From Eledone cirrhosa (taxonomy: Eukaryota), in the NCBI GenBank assembly GCA_964016885.1, contig CAXHJY010000915.1, forward strand, positions 35,030 to 99,029: a stretch of DNA of 64,000 nt, written 5' to 3'. The translations under genes and the position numbers were made by a program. Below the pieces are notes generated by a model, which worked only from the letters and a program-made list of their open reading frames with translations, was not told the origin of the DNA and did no database searches. Numbering within the stretch: position 1 is the stretch's first letter; every line of letters starts with the position of its first letter. Positions 1 to 11,819 of the stretch are shown here, piece after piece.

Positions 1-225
1 AGAGGCTGAGTTTAAGAGGAATCCATGATGGTGTGCAGGAGAGAAGACTGAATTGGTATGGATGTGTCAGGGGAGGGAAGCCGCAGTTTAGGTAGACCAA
101 GAAAGACATGAGAGCTGACACTCAGAGGAGATGACAAAGGAATGTAGCGAGTGGAGAGATGCTGTGCTGAGAAGGACCCATCCAACCCATGTAAGCGTAG
201 AAAAATGGACGTAAAAATGATGATA
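1..225 (+). mobile_element. 3' end fragment of an RTE-clade LINE
   Basis: Degenerate RLSLRGI..VQERRLNWYG..GRPRKT coding remnant followed by the tail GGACGTAAAAATGATGAT; the same end occurs at 15082-15910 and 54265-54650. Confidence 0.75.
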
Positions 226-451
226 ATATATGTATATATATATATATGGAAGATATTAACTGTGTTCAAATCTGGAGAGGAGATGGGTTCCACCAGGTTT
301 AAGATGGCCATGTCACTACGACACCGCTATGATTCCACCTGGAGTTACTGGTCCATATACACTTACACCAACCATAGAATGACTTGTAGAATATATAGTT
401 TGGGGGGTTATCTCCCTTGTCGATTGGCATTTTTCTCATTAATCTATAATC

Positions 452-610
452 GGTGGATTGGCAGTATCGGTAGAGGGTTGGACGCTAAGCTTTGCAGCAT
501 AGTTACGGACTGAGGTTAACTTTGCCTTTCATCCTTACGGGGTTGATAAAATAAAGTACCAGTAATGCACTGGTAATTGCTGGCCTTGTGCCAAAAGTAG
601 AAACAATTAA
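452..610 (+). mobile_element. tRNA-derived SINE family A, internally deleted copy
   Basis: A-box-like TGGCAGTATCGG head and body GAGGTTAACTTTGCCTTTCATCCTTACGGGG..ATAAAATAAAGTACCAG, shared with many copies in the window. Confidence 0.75.
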
Positions 611-1029
611 TCTATAACCGTATCTAAGTTGAGGAATATGTGGCCCAAAAAATCGATGGTAAAATGGGAGATTGGCTTATGCCAGGGGTGTGCAGCAAAT
701 TCCATTGGTGGTTACCTCTCATTGAACCTGGGACTCGCACATATGTGTATGTGTGTGTGTGTCGGATTTTACGCTCATTTTGATATAAAAGGAAAGCTTA
801 TGTGAATTAGCTTCATATTTAAGGTTTCTGGTAAAATGAAGTGAAATTTTCAGACGGAAAATCCAAAACTCAAAGGGCAACACCGGGGATTTGGCTGCTA
901 TTTTTAGCAGGTCAAACGACTTTGTAAACCCTCCCTCGTTGATACTTAATAGTTATTTTGCTATTTGTTTTCTTTTTAAGGAAGGGGCTATTTTGCCGGT
1001 AAATATCTTTAGAGTAGAATAATGGCTCT

Positions 1030-1153
1030 TTGCATTCTGAGTTCAAATCCCGCCGAGGTTAACTTTGCCTTTCATTCTTACGGAGTCGATACAATAAGGT
1101 ACCAGTAATGCACTGGTTAAATTGCTGGCCTTGTGCCAAAAGTAGAAACAATT
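1030..1153 (+). mobile_element. SINE family A, 5'-truncated copy
   Basis: B-box GAGTTCAAATCC plus the family A body and tail GCTGGCCTTGTGCCAAAAGTAGAAACAATT. Confidence 0.75.
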
Positions 1154-2440
1154 ATTATGAAGGCAGGTAATGTTAAAAATAACAACACTGATTTAACACA
1201 GAAGTTTATTTATTTTCACCATTAATAGTTAAGACAATTTAAAATCTATCCCTATCTATATTTACTGGCAAAATAGCCTGGGGGTCTATTTTACCGGGAC
1301 TGGTAAAATAAGCTTAGAAAGCATGTTTGTCTATTTTACCTGGACCGGCAAAATAACCTATTCGTTTTTTTGAATTACCAATTGATATTGAATATTTTTA
1401 TAACTGTACTAAATTATGTGAGGGAACTTTAACTTATATCACCGGCGTCATTCATGGAAGGGGACAATTTGTCAACCACACCGCCAGCTTGTGTTTTTAA
1501 CGTCATCTAATTTAATACTGTTATTTCTAGAGGTTATTTCATGTTAAGATGAAAAATAATGTTTGTTGATAACATAGAGGGATCTACATGTTACCTGATC
1601 GATGATACAGCATCTGTAATAGTAAATATTTCACTTCATCACAAACATCGTGAATTCTTTGTTCCCAATTTCACAAAACTGTTTCTTCTTCGTGCACTTT
1701 GTTGACAGATCATCGCCTGCTTCTTCCCCTTCTTTCTTAGTTACATAAAGTTGACTTGAACCATGAATTAACGTCAACCACCAAACTATAAACTAAACAG
1801 CTTTCTTGGGTTGCTCTATAAGTCAAAAGGACGTATTTTCTGATTTACAACCACAAAATTTATTGTGTTCTAACCACAGTGAACAATCTTGATTTAGTAC
1901 GACGACATATACATGTTTATGTACACACACAAACACACATACACACACGGGGTTTAATCACCAAGTTATAAGTTTGTTATTTTTCTGGCCCTTCTTGATT
2001 ATGCGAAGAGGATTTCGCGAAACCAAAATAGGACTACATCGTAATTTATATAATGTTTTAGTGAAGAAACTTCTAAATGCAAACACACATTATTTGTGAT
2101 TGCTATCATTGTCCACATTTTCTATAATTTTCAATCTATAGTAAATATTCTTTTATCTACAGAATAGAGGTGTTTATGTAGACAACTTAAAGAGAACCCA
2201 GTCGGTAACTAGCTTTCTGGTTCTAAGAAGAAAATATATCTACATTAGAAATTTTCCACACATTATCATCATCACTGTTTAACGTCCATTTTCCCACGCT
2301 GACATGGGTTAGACGAGTTATCCTGTTGTGAGCAATGCTAGGCCAAGTGGCCATGCCATGCTCATACACAACCGACAAACAGAAACCATAATATATTCTA
2401 CTCCCAGACATTTCTCTTTAAGAATTCCTCAAGAATTAAT

Positions 2441-4000
2441 ATGGAAGGCATCACTGACTTGGACACATGTAACAGAACACTTTTTAATAATATAGAAACA
2501 GTTCCACAGATTTACAGTGACGAGAAACCTTTACCGAGTGAAGCTTTTACTGATCAAAGATCATTGCATGGAAATATTCCTGAATATTACTGTGAGATTT
2601 GTAAGCAAACGTTCTCTTCAGAACACCAATTATTCACTCACAAAGAATTGCACAACAAAGAAAAGCCTTTCCACTGTGAAATATGTGGGAAAGATTTTGT
2701 CTCTAACTATTATTTAAGAAGACATGAAAGAATACACACTGGAGAGAAACCATTTCATTGCGAAATATGTGGAAAATCTTTTGTCACTAACAGTGATTTA
2801 AACAGACACAAACGTAGTCACACTGGAGAGAAACCATTTAATTGTGAAATTTGTGGGAAATCATTCCCTTACAATTATAGTCTAGCAGTTCACCAAAGAA
2901 TACACACTGGAGAAAAACCCTTCCATTGTGAAATATGTGGGAAGTCTTTTGTCTCTAACAGTGATTTAAAAAGACACAAAAAAATACACACTGGAGAAAA
3001 ACCTTTCCACTGTGAAATATGTGGTGAATCCTTTATATGTAGTGGTGATTTAAAAAGACACAAAAGAACACACACTGGAGAGAGACCATATCACTGTGAA
3101 ATATGTGGCAAATCATTCTCTGATAATTCTAACCTTGCAGTTCACAATCGTAGTCACACAGGTGAAAGACCATATCGTTGTGAAATATGTGGGAAATCTT
3201 TTATAAACAATTCTTGTCTTGTTGTCCACATACGTCGTCACACAGAAGAAAAACCCTTCTTTTGTGAAATATGTGGAAAATCTTTTGTCACTAACAGTGA
3301 TTTAAACAGACACAAACGTAGTCACACTGGAGAGAAACCATTTAATTGCGAAATTTGTGGGAAATCATTCCCTTACAATTCTAGTCTAGCGGTTCACCAA
3401 AGAATACACACTGGAGAAAAACCCTTCCATTGTGAAATATGTGGGAAGTCTTTTGTCTCTAACAGTGATTTAAAAAGACACAAAAAAATACACACTGGAG
3501 AAAAACCTTTCCACTGTGAAATATGTGGTGAATCCTTTATATGTAGTGGTGAGTTAAAAAGACACAAAAGAACACACACTGGAGAGAGACCATATCACTG
3601 TGAAATATGTGGCAAATCATTCTCTGATAATTCTAACCTTGCAGTTCACAATCGTAGTCACACAGGTGAAAGACCATATCGTTGTGAAATATGTGGGAAA
3701 TCTTTTATAAACAATTCTGGTCTTGTTGTCCACATACGTGGTCACACAGAAGAAAAACCCTTCTATTGTGAAATATGTGGGAAATCTTTTGTCTCTAACA
3801 GTGATTTAACAAAACACAAAAGAATACACACTGGAGAAAAACCCTATCATTGTGAAATATGTGGTAAATCTTACACCCAGAATTCTAGTCTTGTAGTCCA
3901 TAATCGTAGCCACACTGGAGAGAAACCCTATCACTGTGAAATATGTGGGAAATCATTTGTCACTAATGGTCTCTTAAGAACACACACTAAAACACACTGA
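2441..4000 (+). CDS. C2H2 zinc-finger protein with 17 tandem fingers; no KRAB/SCAN/BTB domain visible in this exon
   Basis: 519-aa ORF with 17 CxxCx12Hx3H units joined by TGEKP/TGERP linkers; a possible acceptor TTTCTCTTTAAG near 2411-2422 suggests an upstream exon. Confidence 0.95.
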   Translation: MEGITDLDTCNRTLFNNIETVPQIYSDEKPLPSEAFTDQRSLHGNIPEYYCEICKQTFSSEHQLFTHKELHNKEKPFHCEICGKDFVSNYYLRRHERIHTGEKPFHCEICGKSFVTNSDLNRHKRSHTGEKPFNCEICGKSFPYNYSLAVHQRIHTGEKPFHCEICGKSFVSNSDLKRHKKIHTGEKPFHCEICGESFICSGDLKRHKRTHTGERPYHCEICGKSFSDNSNLAVHNRSHTGERPYRCEICGKSFINNSCLVVHIRRHTEEKPFFCEICGKSFVTNSDLNRHKRSHTGEKPFNCEICGKSFPYNSSLAVHQRIHTGEKPFHCEICGKSFVSNSDLKRHKKIHTGEKPFHCEICGESFICSGELKRHKRTHTGERPYHCEICGKSFSDNSNLAVHNRSHTGERPYRCEICGKSFINNSGLVVHIRGHTEEKPFYCEICGKSFVSNSDLTKHKRIHTGEKPYHCEICGKSYTQNSSLVVHNRSHTGEKPYHCEICGKSFVTNGLLRTHTKTH

Positions 4001-4098
4001 AGTGTGAAACATGATATCAAATCTAAACTTATTGTCCAACAAGTACACATTGGCGAACATTTATCAAAGTGAAATATATCAGAAGTCATTATCTTTAA

Positions 4099-4293
4099 CC
4101 TTTTAGCATTTGCATTACATTATGTTTACTATTTTATTTTCGCAGTAAAGGTTTTACCTTACATAATATTGAATCTATGAGATTTTGATATTTATTTTGA
4201 GAACAATACCTTAACATTGACATAAGTGGCCGGTTTGAACAGGAAGAGGTGAGAGAATTTTGGCCAGATACAGCCAGTTTAAATGCTAAAGGA
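4099..4293. mobile_element. piggyBac-type MITE
   Basis: TTAA-CCTTTTAGCATT ... AATGCTAAAGGA-TTAA terminal inverted repeats with TTAA on both sides; a second left end lies at about 4632. Confidence 0.75.
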
Positions 4294-4669
4294 TTAAATG
4301 CACACCTTATAGTTAAAAACAAATAAAAAAAAACGACAAGGAGCAGGCACAACATATGACACCGCCCCATCTCCCTATTGAAATACCCTGACAAGAGTCG
4401 GTCGCTCAGTCGCAGCAACTTCAAAGGAATATCCATTTCTAGACAGATGTGATTGAGAGGTCAATCCCTACTATCAATAATATTTCAAAGATTTAGAAGC
4501 CTTGGTCATATGGTAGAAATCAGAACTAGAAAAGTAAACATTTTGTAATGAAAACATTTATTTCAAAGTGAAAATATTGAAGTTACTGTATATGTGTAAC
4601 TTTCTAAACTGGAGGTAATACTGAGAACTAGTTAACCCTTTAGCATTTACATTACAAAAAACACACACA

Positions 4670-4790
4670 GGATGACAGAGGTATCCACCCCATCACAGTG
4701 GGCCATGTCTTCAGACAACTTGCAGCCAAGGTAGCTTGCAAGTCAGTCAAAGATGACCTGAGCGAGGTGCTAAGCCCTGTCCAGCTTCAG
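4670..4790 (+). pseudogene. CRE-clade non-LTR reverse transcriptase fragment
   Basis: Translates DDRGIHPITVGHVFRQLAAKVACKSVKDDLSEVLSPVQL, resembling the GGIRPIAVG..RRL.AK...L.P.Q motif of CRE RTs. Confidence 0.7.
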
Positions 4791-5254
4791 ATCTTTCTCT
4801 ACCTCCCTACCTCTCCTCAATCTTCTCCAGCCGCGCTCTCGTCAGCGAGGTTCTCAGCCAGATGGCCAAACCTGATATGGCTCCAGAGCTTGAACAGGCT
4901 CTAGTTGACTGGACAGGTGAAGGCCTCTCTATCCCCCAGTATATAACTGTCCACGAAGACAGAAAGCATCCCGATAGAATCACCCTGGCTACAGTTTAGT
5001 CCCGGATTTTTTTTTCAGTAAAATAACTATTTTCTTTAACAAACATTTATTAACAACACATATCTGAATGATAGACAAACGTCACATCAATAAACTAGTA
5101 ACTCCATCTAGCTTTGAAGTTAGGAACTGTTGGAAAAGAGTTCAAACATATTAGGACGAGTTATCTTGTCTAAGAGGTCAAAGTTTCGTAGAGAATTGTA
5201 TAACAATCTTGATATGAGTAAAGTCTGCCTTGAGCCCAGATGCTAACCAGGCCG

Positions 5255-5622
5255 TTGCTTGAGAGTACAAGACTCCCCGCTGGACAGGATGCCAGTCCAT
5301 CACAGGGTTAAACCCCCCAGCTATTACTGGTACTCATCGTCAGTTGCAATGCTTGAGAGTACAAGACTCCTCCTTGAAAGGGCACTGGTCCATCACAGAG
5401 TTAAACCCCCCAGCTATTGCTGGTATTCATCTTCAGTTGAGTATACTGGAGTAATATGAAGTGAAGTGTTTTGTCAAGAACACAACACACAAGCCAGTCC
5501 AGGAATCAAATCCACAACATTATGATTGTAACTCCAACACCCTTACCACTAGGCCACACACCTCCACCCTTACCACTAGGCCACACACCTCCACCCTTAC
5601 CACTAGGCCACACACCTCCACA
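5255..5622 (-). mobile_element. CORE-type tRNA SINE (family B) with triplicated 27-bp head
   Basis: Minus strand carries A-box TGGCCTAGTGG, a B-box-like motif and the GTGTTCTTGACAAAACACTT core-like motif; CCCTTACCACTAGGCCACACACCTCCA occurs 3 times at 5540-5620. Confidence 0.65.
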
Positions 5623-5704
5623 ATCATGATGTGAAATTGTTTTGGAAAACTATTCTCATTTTGTTAAACATAAGCAAATATATCATCATTATCATATTCC
5701 TGCA

Positions 5705-6030
5705 ACTGGTGTAGTCAGTCTTTAGGAGTGCCACTGGTGTAGCCAGTCTTTGGGAATGCCACTTGAGATGTGCCACTGGTGCAGCCAGTCTTTTGGAGTG
5801 CCACTTGAGATGTGCCACTGGTGCAGCCAGTCTTTGGGAGTGCCACTTGAGATGTGCCACTGGTGTAGCCAGTCTTTGGGAGTGCCACTTGAGATGTGCC
5901 ACTGGTGCAGCCAGTCTTTGGGAGTGCCACTTGAGATGTGCCACTGGTGTAGTCAGTCTTTGGGTGTGCCACTGGTGCAGCCAGTCTTTTGGAGTGCCAC
6001 TTGAGATGTGCCACTGATGCAGTCAGTCTT
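5705..6030. repeat. 42-bp minisatellite, about 6-7 units with shorter variants
   Basis: Unit GCCACTGGTGCAGCCAGTCTTTGGGAGTGCCACTTGAGATGT; explains the 14-aa periodic ORFs in several frames. Confidence 0.9.
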
Positions 6031-6778
6031 TGGGGTTTCCCCTCTAGATATGGGATGTTACCAACATTACATGGGATATATTTGGGGTGTTACCACCTCT
6101 GTAGAAGGAGTCTACCAGGATTGTTTCACCTCTGTCACCTCTTATTATTTGAGCAACAAAATATGCAAATGGCCGAGCATTTTCCAGACATTTGCACCCT
6201 TCACTTAGTTCTCAGGGAGATTGAGCCTCACTGTGTGACTGGCTCTTTGAATTACCAATACAACTCATTTCTGCTGACTGTGTAGACCAGAGCAACATGA
6301 AATAAAGTGTCTTGCTGAAGGACACAGCAGTAACATAAGCTGACATTCAGTACTGTTACCTGTATTATCTTAGTCACACTGCATGTTTTTCATCAATGAA
6401 AATTAAGTCTCAGTGTATTTCACAGACCTTAAATAATACAGCTTAACATAAATAGTTTGATTATAATTACATTGCGTGTGTGTGTGTTATGTTTGTTATG
6501 TGTGCTTGTGTATTTGTGTGTGTATGTTGTATATATGTGCTGTGTATGTGTGTGTATATGTATATGTATGTGTTGTGTTGTAATAGGTGCAGATATAATA
6601 TAAAGTGCTAAATCGAAAATCCTACCTCTATTACATAAGAACTTGCTTCAGTGTATACGTGTGTATATAAATATATATATATATATATATATAAATATCA
6701 TATATATATATAAGAGAGAGAGAGAGATAGACTTATCCCAATGACAGTGAAATTCAGCTTAGTGTTTATTTATTAGCT

Positions 6779-6824
<46 letters not shown>

Positions 6825-7079
6825 TGTGGTATATGTCTCTCCTCCATTGTGTTAAGCTGCTACTTTGCCAGCTTAATTATTAACAATGACATCATTGATT
6901 CATTATACATAATAAATATTACATAAAACTAAAACAGATACAGTGGTGGTAGGATATTGTAAGAACCTCTGAGGAAAACTGGACAGTAGAAGGTCTTCAG
7001 AGAAGAAACCCTACACAAACAAGTGTTTCAGCCCTTTCCAAAATACTATATACTGTGAAGAGAAGATTGGGGATGAAAA

Positions 7080-7600
7080 GTTTAAAGACTTGAGGTGTAG
7101 TGTGGTGTGGTTTCACTTTAATAACCAAAATACATCAAACTAAGCCATATATATATATATACACAAACTACAATAGACATTTAACAGAAGCTGGAAGACT
7201 TGAGGTGTAGTGTGGTCTTGGTTTGTTAACTGAAATACATCAAACTAAACCATATATATATATACGAACTACAAAAGACACTTAAGAGAAAATTGAGGAT
7301 AAAATGTTTAAAAACTCGAGGTCTGTGGTTTTGCTTTATTAACCAAAATACATTGAACTAAACCATATATATATATGAACTACAATAGACATTTAAGATA
7401 AGGTTGAAGACGAAAAGTTTAAAGACTCGAGAAGTTGAGTGGATTTTGCAATCTTTAATTTAAAACTATTTTCAGTGTATTCACCATATTGATTTATTCA
7501 TTAAAATACATAGGACTAAAAAAGATATATATTTGAAATACAATTGACAGAAAGTTTGAAGATTTGAGATTCCCTGTGATTTTGCAATCCCAAATTTTAA
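7080..7600. repeat. Old diverged tandem repeat, about 110-135-bp period, 4-5 units
   Basis: Recurring AAGACTTGAGG..AAATACATCAAACTAAACCATATATA..ACTACAATAGACATTTAA at about 7085, 7195, 7311, 7421 and 7559. Confidence 0.7.
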
Positions 7601-7687
7601 AAACATTTGTAACCAGGATTGAGCAATAAATCTCCTATCTAACACTTAAAACTTTGTTCTTATTATATATATATATATATATATATA

Positions 7688-7863
7688 CAGTGAAATTCTA
7701 TTATAACGAAATTTACGGTGTATAAAAAAAATTTGTTGTAACGAAAAATTCTTTATAATGAGATCGACCTAACACATCAAGTGTTTGGCTGGGGATTGAA
7801 AAGAACTTTTATTATACTGAAAAATTCGTTATAATGGTATTCGTTATAACGGAATTTTACCTG
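7688..7863. mobile_element. pogo/Tigger-like MITE
   Basis: TA-CAGTGAAATTCTATTATAACGAA ... TTCGTTATAACGGAATTTTACCTG-TA imperfect TIRs with a TA target site. Confidence 0.8.
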
Positions 7864-8462
7864 TATATATATTTTGGAGTGAAAAATATATCAATGTAAA
7901 AAAATCAATCTTTTTTTGTACCTGGCGAAAATATTGGAAAATCTACTTTAATAGGTGGAGTCATATGATTAAAAGAAACAGTGTGTGGCCACCCCAACCA
8001 TCACACACGCACACCACACCCCCCACCAAGACACATACATATCTATATCTATATATATATATATATACATCATATAGACACCATGAAGAAAATCACACAA
8101 TATTTCCATCAACATTCGTTATGGATTAATACTTATCTGACTAATATAAAGAAATAATTACACATACACACACTCACACACACACACATACACACACTCA
8201 CACACACATACACACACTCACACACACACACACACACATACACACAAGCACACAGACATGCACAATAATACATTGAACATTTTTTAATGTTTTGTTTTTG
8301 GACAAAAAAATCATTTTGAAGACCATAACAGGATCCTTTTCCCAGAAACACAGAACAGGCAGATTCAAAGACACAGTTTTCAGCGTGTCAAATCTGTGGA
8401 TAATGGAAAACCAATACACAAGAAAAAATAATAATGTCTGTCCAAATACACAGATTTGATTA

Positions 8463-8686
8463 AGTGACACTTTAGACCAAGTTGTGACACTTTAGAACAA
8501 GTGGTGACACTTTAGAACAAGTTGCGACTCTTTGGGACAAGTTGTGGCTCTTTAGAACAAGTTGTGGCTCTTTAGAACAAGTTGTGACTTTTTAGAACAA
8601 GTTGTGACTTTTTAGAACAAGTTTTGACTCATTAGGACAAGTTGTGACTTTTTTAGGACAAGTTGTGACTTTTTAGGACAAGTTGT
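8463..8686. repeat. 20-21-bp minisatellite, about 11 units
   Basis: Repeated GTTGTGACTTTTTAGAACAA variants. Confidence 0.9.
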
Positions 8687-8906
8687 CCAAATTTCAATGA
8701 GAAAACTTTTTTCTATAGTTTGAGAGACTGTAGCAATAATATTTTATATATATATATATATATATTTATATATTTATTGAGAAGTCCCCTGGTGAGCTAA
8801 GCCTTCTCACAGTACTCAAAATACTGTCATTACTCAGCAAAACTGCAGCAGTCAAAGTAAATAGGTAAAGATTTTTTCATATCCTGTTTGCTTTTCTCAA
8901 ATATAT

Positions 8907-8979
<73 letters not shown>

Positions 8980-9119
8980 GTAATGGTTGATGTGCTCAAA
9001 TGCATAGCTGCTATAAAAAACACCTTATAAAATAGGGTGAAGACCCTTAAAAACAGAAAAAGAGGTTGCCATCAGCTGCTGTGATAATAATTGATCCTAC
9101 TTCTGGCACAAAGTCAGTG

Positions 9120-9262
9120 GTGTATTACTGGTACTTTATTTTAATTGACCCGGTAAGGGGGATAGGCAAAGTTAACCTCGGTGGGATTTGAAATCACAAT
9201 GTAGAAAGCCATAATTATATGCCGCAAAGCATCTTGTCCAGTGCTCTGCCAATTCTGCCAAA
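9120..9262 (-). mobile_element. SINE family A, diverged copy
   Basis: CTGGTACTTTATTTT..GGCAAAGTTAACCTCGGTGGGATTTGAA, the reverse complement of the family A body and B-box. Confidence 0.65.
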
Positions 9263-10000
9263 TAATACACACACACACTGATACACATACACATGTAGAG
9301 TATGTGTGTGTTGATCGTGTGAGTTAGTGAGTTATCCTTTATAGTGCTCAATACAAGCTTGTGTGTATAGGTGTATATAGTGTTATACAAACATACACAC
9401 ACACACATACATACATTCTTACATGCACATACATATATAGATACATACACATATACATACATACACACATACATATTTACATACACACCCACACACATGA
9501 ACACATGCATTCACACACAACTACATATATACATACACACATAGACACGTAATCACATACATAACACTCATCCCATACATACACACCTTCACACATAAAC
9601 ACACACACCTTCACACATACATATATAAATACACTCCTAGACAGATTCCAATGCACACACACACACATCCCCACGTACATAAACGCTCACCCACTGAAGA
9701 TCTCTGAGCTTATCAAGGTGTTTCCTATTCTGTCATCTTCACTAAATATTCTTCTATTCTGCCGGATTATGGGATCAAATCTAACCATCGACTTACGTCC
9801 AGGTTACCACCCTAGCGCCATCATAGGTAATGTACAAAAGTTGTTGTATTGTTGTTGTTGTAGTTGTTGTTGTTATGGACAGAATGATGTCATTGACCCT
9901 GTCTCTACTGACGGATATGTGACAATGTCTGTATCACAGACATCATAGACATCAGAGCATTGACGATGATTATATGACAAAATGTAAATTATACACAGAC

Positions 10001-10180
10001 ATCATCATCATCATCATCATCATCGTTTAACGTCCGTTTTCCACGCTAGCATGGGTTAGACGGGAGTTGTCCCACTTGAGGCAAGGCTGGTCGGGTGACC
10101 ATGTCTCGCTCATATAGGACTACCTGGCAGGTTTTCTACGGCTGGATGCCCTTCCTAACACCAACCACATTTACAGTGTG
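10001..10180 (-). mobile_element. RTE-tailed SINE fragment
   Basis: (CAT)n tail, TTTAACGTCCGTTTTCCACGCTAGCATGGGTTAGACGG RTE-like end, and the CTGGATGCCCTTCCTAACACCAACC motif also seen at 11040 and 15750. Confidence 0.7.
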
Positions 10181-10442
10181 AAACTGGGAACTTTTTACCG
10201 TGTTACCTACATGGCCACATTACATCGTGGACTGTGTGTGTTTTTTTTGTCGTGACACCTACACGAACTCGATCTCATTTTCTGCAGACCGGTAGTTGCA
10301 CATTTGTTATTTAAGTGCATTTCGATAAAGAGAGCAATTTATTAACGTAGATGATTATTGAATATTTAAACACATATTTTTTAATTAAAGTCAAATACTC
10401 AATTTATTTATTATATAATTTTAAACAAATTAATTATTTCTT

Positions 10443-10508
10443 TGCGGCCCGGTAGCAAATGATCCATGGACTGGTACCGGTCCACGGCCCAGTGGTTGGG
10501 GACCTCTG
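10443..10508. mobile_element. hAT (Charlie-like) transposon end
   Basis: GCGGCCCGG..CCGGTCCACGGCCCAGTGGTTGGGGACCTCTG resembles a typical hAT-Charlie terminus. Confidence 0.6.
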
Positions 10509-10564
10509 GTATATAATATATAATGTAAGATGAAGGTAATGGTAAAGTAAGTTACCTGCTAATC

Positions 10565-10960
10565 TTTGTTTTGTTATCCTAATATTTCGGGACATAAAAT
10601 TCCCTTCTTCAGAGTATAAAGAGTATAAGGAACTCTCAGAGTATAAAGAGTATAAGGAACTCTTAGAGAAAAATGTTCCGGTTTCTTCTCTTTGGAATTA
10701 AATTTAGATTTAATACCTTAAACTCTGAAGATTCTAAGAAAGTCAAGGATAAGAAATTGTCATTTATTCATACATTTCTATGAACGAATGTTTCAATACA
10801 GCTACAATATCACATCCGTAGAGATACCAGTAATATCTATTCATTGTAGAAAGCTACCAGTATGATGAACATAAGAAAAGGAAATTGGACTTTAATCGAA
10901 ATGTCTCACCAATATAAAGAAAGAGATGATTCCACTTCAATTTAAGTCCTAGAACCATAT
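10565..10960 (-). pseudogene. Degraded Penelope-like 3' remnant (GIY-YIG fragment plus degenerate hammerhead)
   Basis: Minus strand translates ..LFLYIGET..; downstream CTGAAGA-AGGGA..TCCC-GAAAT hammerhead-like core at about 10612-10575 with a weak stem I. Confidence 0.45.
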
Positions 10961-10964
10961 ATAT

Positions 10965-11302
10965 CATTTCATTTCATTTTACGTCCGCTTTTTCCCTGCT
11001 TGCACGGGTGGGACGGGAACTGATGCTGGCTTGATTTCTACAGCTGGATGCCCTTCCTAACACCAATCTCATTTACAGTGAGTGCTGGGTGCTTTTTTGC
11101 CGTGGCACCTCCACGACCACTTTGCAGTGGAATGATATGGACCCCAGTCCCTATCATCTCATTTCTACAGCTGAGTAAACTGGAGCAATGTGAAATAAAG
11201 TGTCTTGCTCAAGGAAACAACACATCACCTGGTCTGAGAATTGAACTCACAACCTTTCGATTGCAAGGCCAATGTTCTAACCACTAAGCCATATGCCTCC
11301 AC
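10965..11302 (-). mobile_element. Composite SINE: CORE-type head joined to an RTE-type tail
   Basis: GAAATAAAGTGTCTTGCTCAAGGA core and tRNA head at 11180-11300, joined to GGATGCCCTTCC and ACGTCCGCTTTTCCCTGCTTGCA RTE end. Confidence 0.7.
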
Positions 11303-11819
11303 AATATATATATTTAAAACATTTTTTTTTTTCTAATCATATGCTTGGCTCTCACCGATTTGTCCAGTTCATTTGACCACCAGTATATCAAAAGAATCCT
11401 ACATCTTCTATGCATTTTATTTGACGAGAACATGTTTTGGATTATGTTATACATAAGACTTGCATCTTTGAAATATATATAATAAAATAGAGATGATATA
11501 AAGTATGTCTTTTGTTTATTAAAGTACCAGTAATGCACTAGGTATTTGCTGGCTTTGTGCTTAACGTAGAAACATTTATTATTATTATCATTATTATTAT
11601 TATTGTATATATATATCATCGGACGTTAAAGGATGATGATGTTGATAACCATATAAATATATAAATATAAATATTAGATAAGGATAAGGAATTTTTAGTG
11701 TTTTAAAATTACCGCGTATGAATTACCTGTGTGGTAGCATGTTGTTTACTAATAAAACAATTCAGTTAAATGATTTTGTTATCTTTAAAATGAATTTTAC
11801 AAATTGTATTTTCTTCACA

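Noticed and set aside
5624-6017. 14-aa repeat ORFs on both strands
   Set aside because: A 42-bp minisatellite open in several frames at once, with no flanking coding signal.
8300-8420. Possible minus-strand exon with acceptor TTTTCCATTATCCACAG
   Set aside because: No recognisable protein motif or partner exons.
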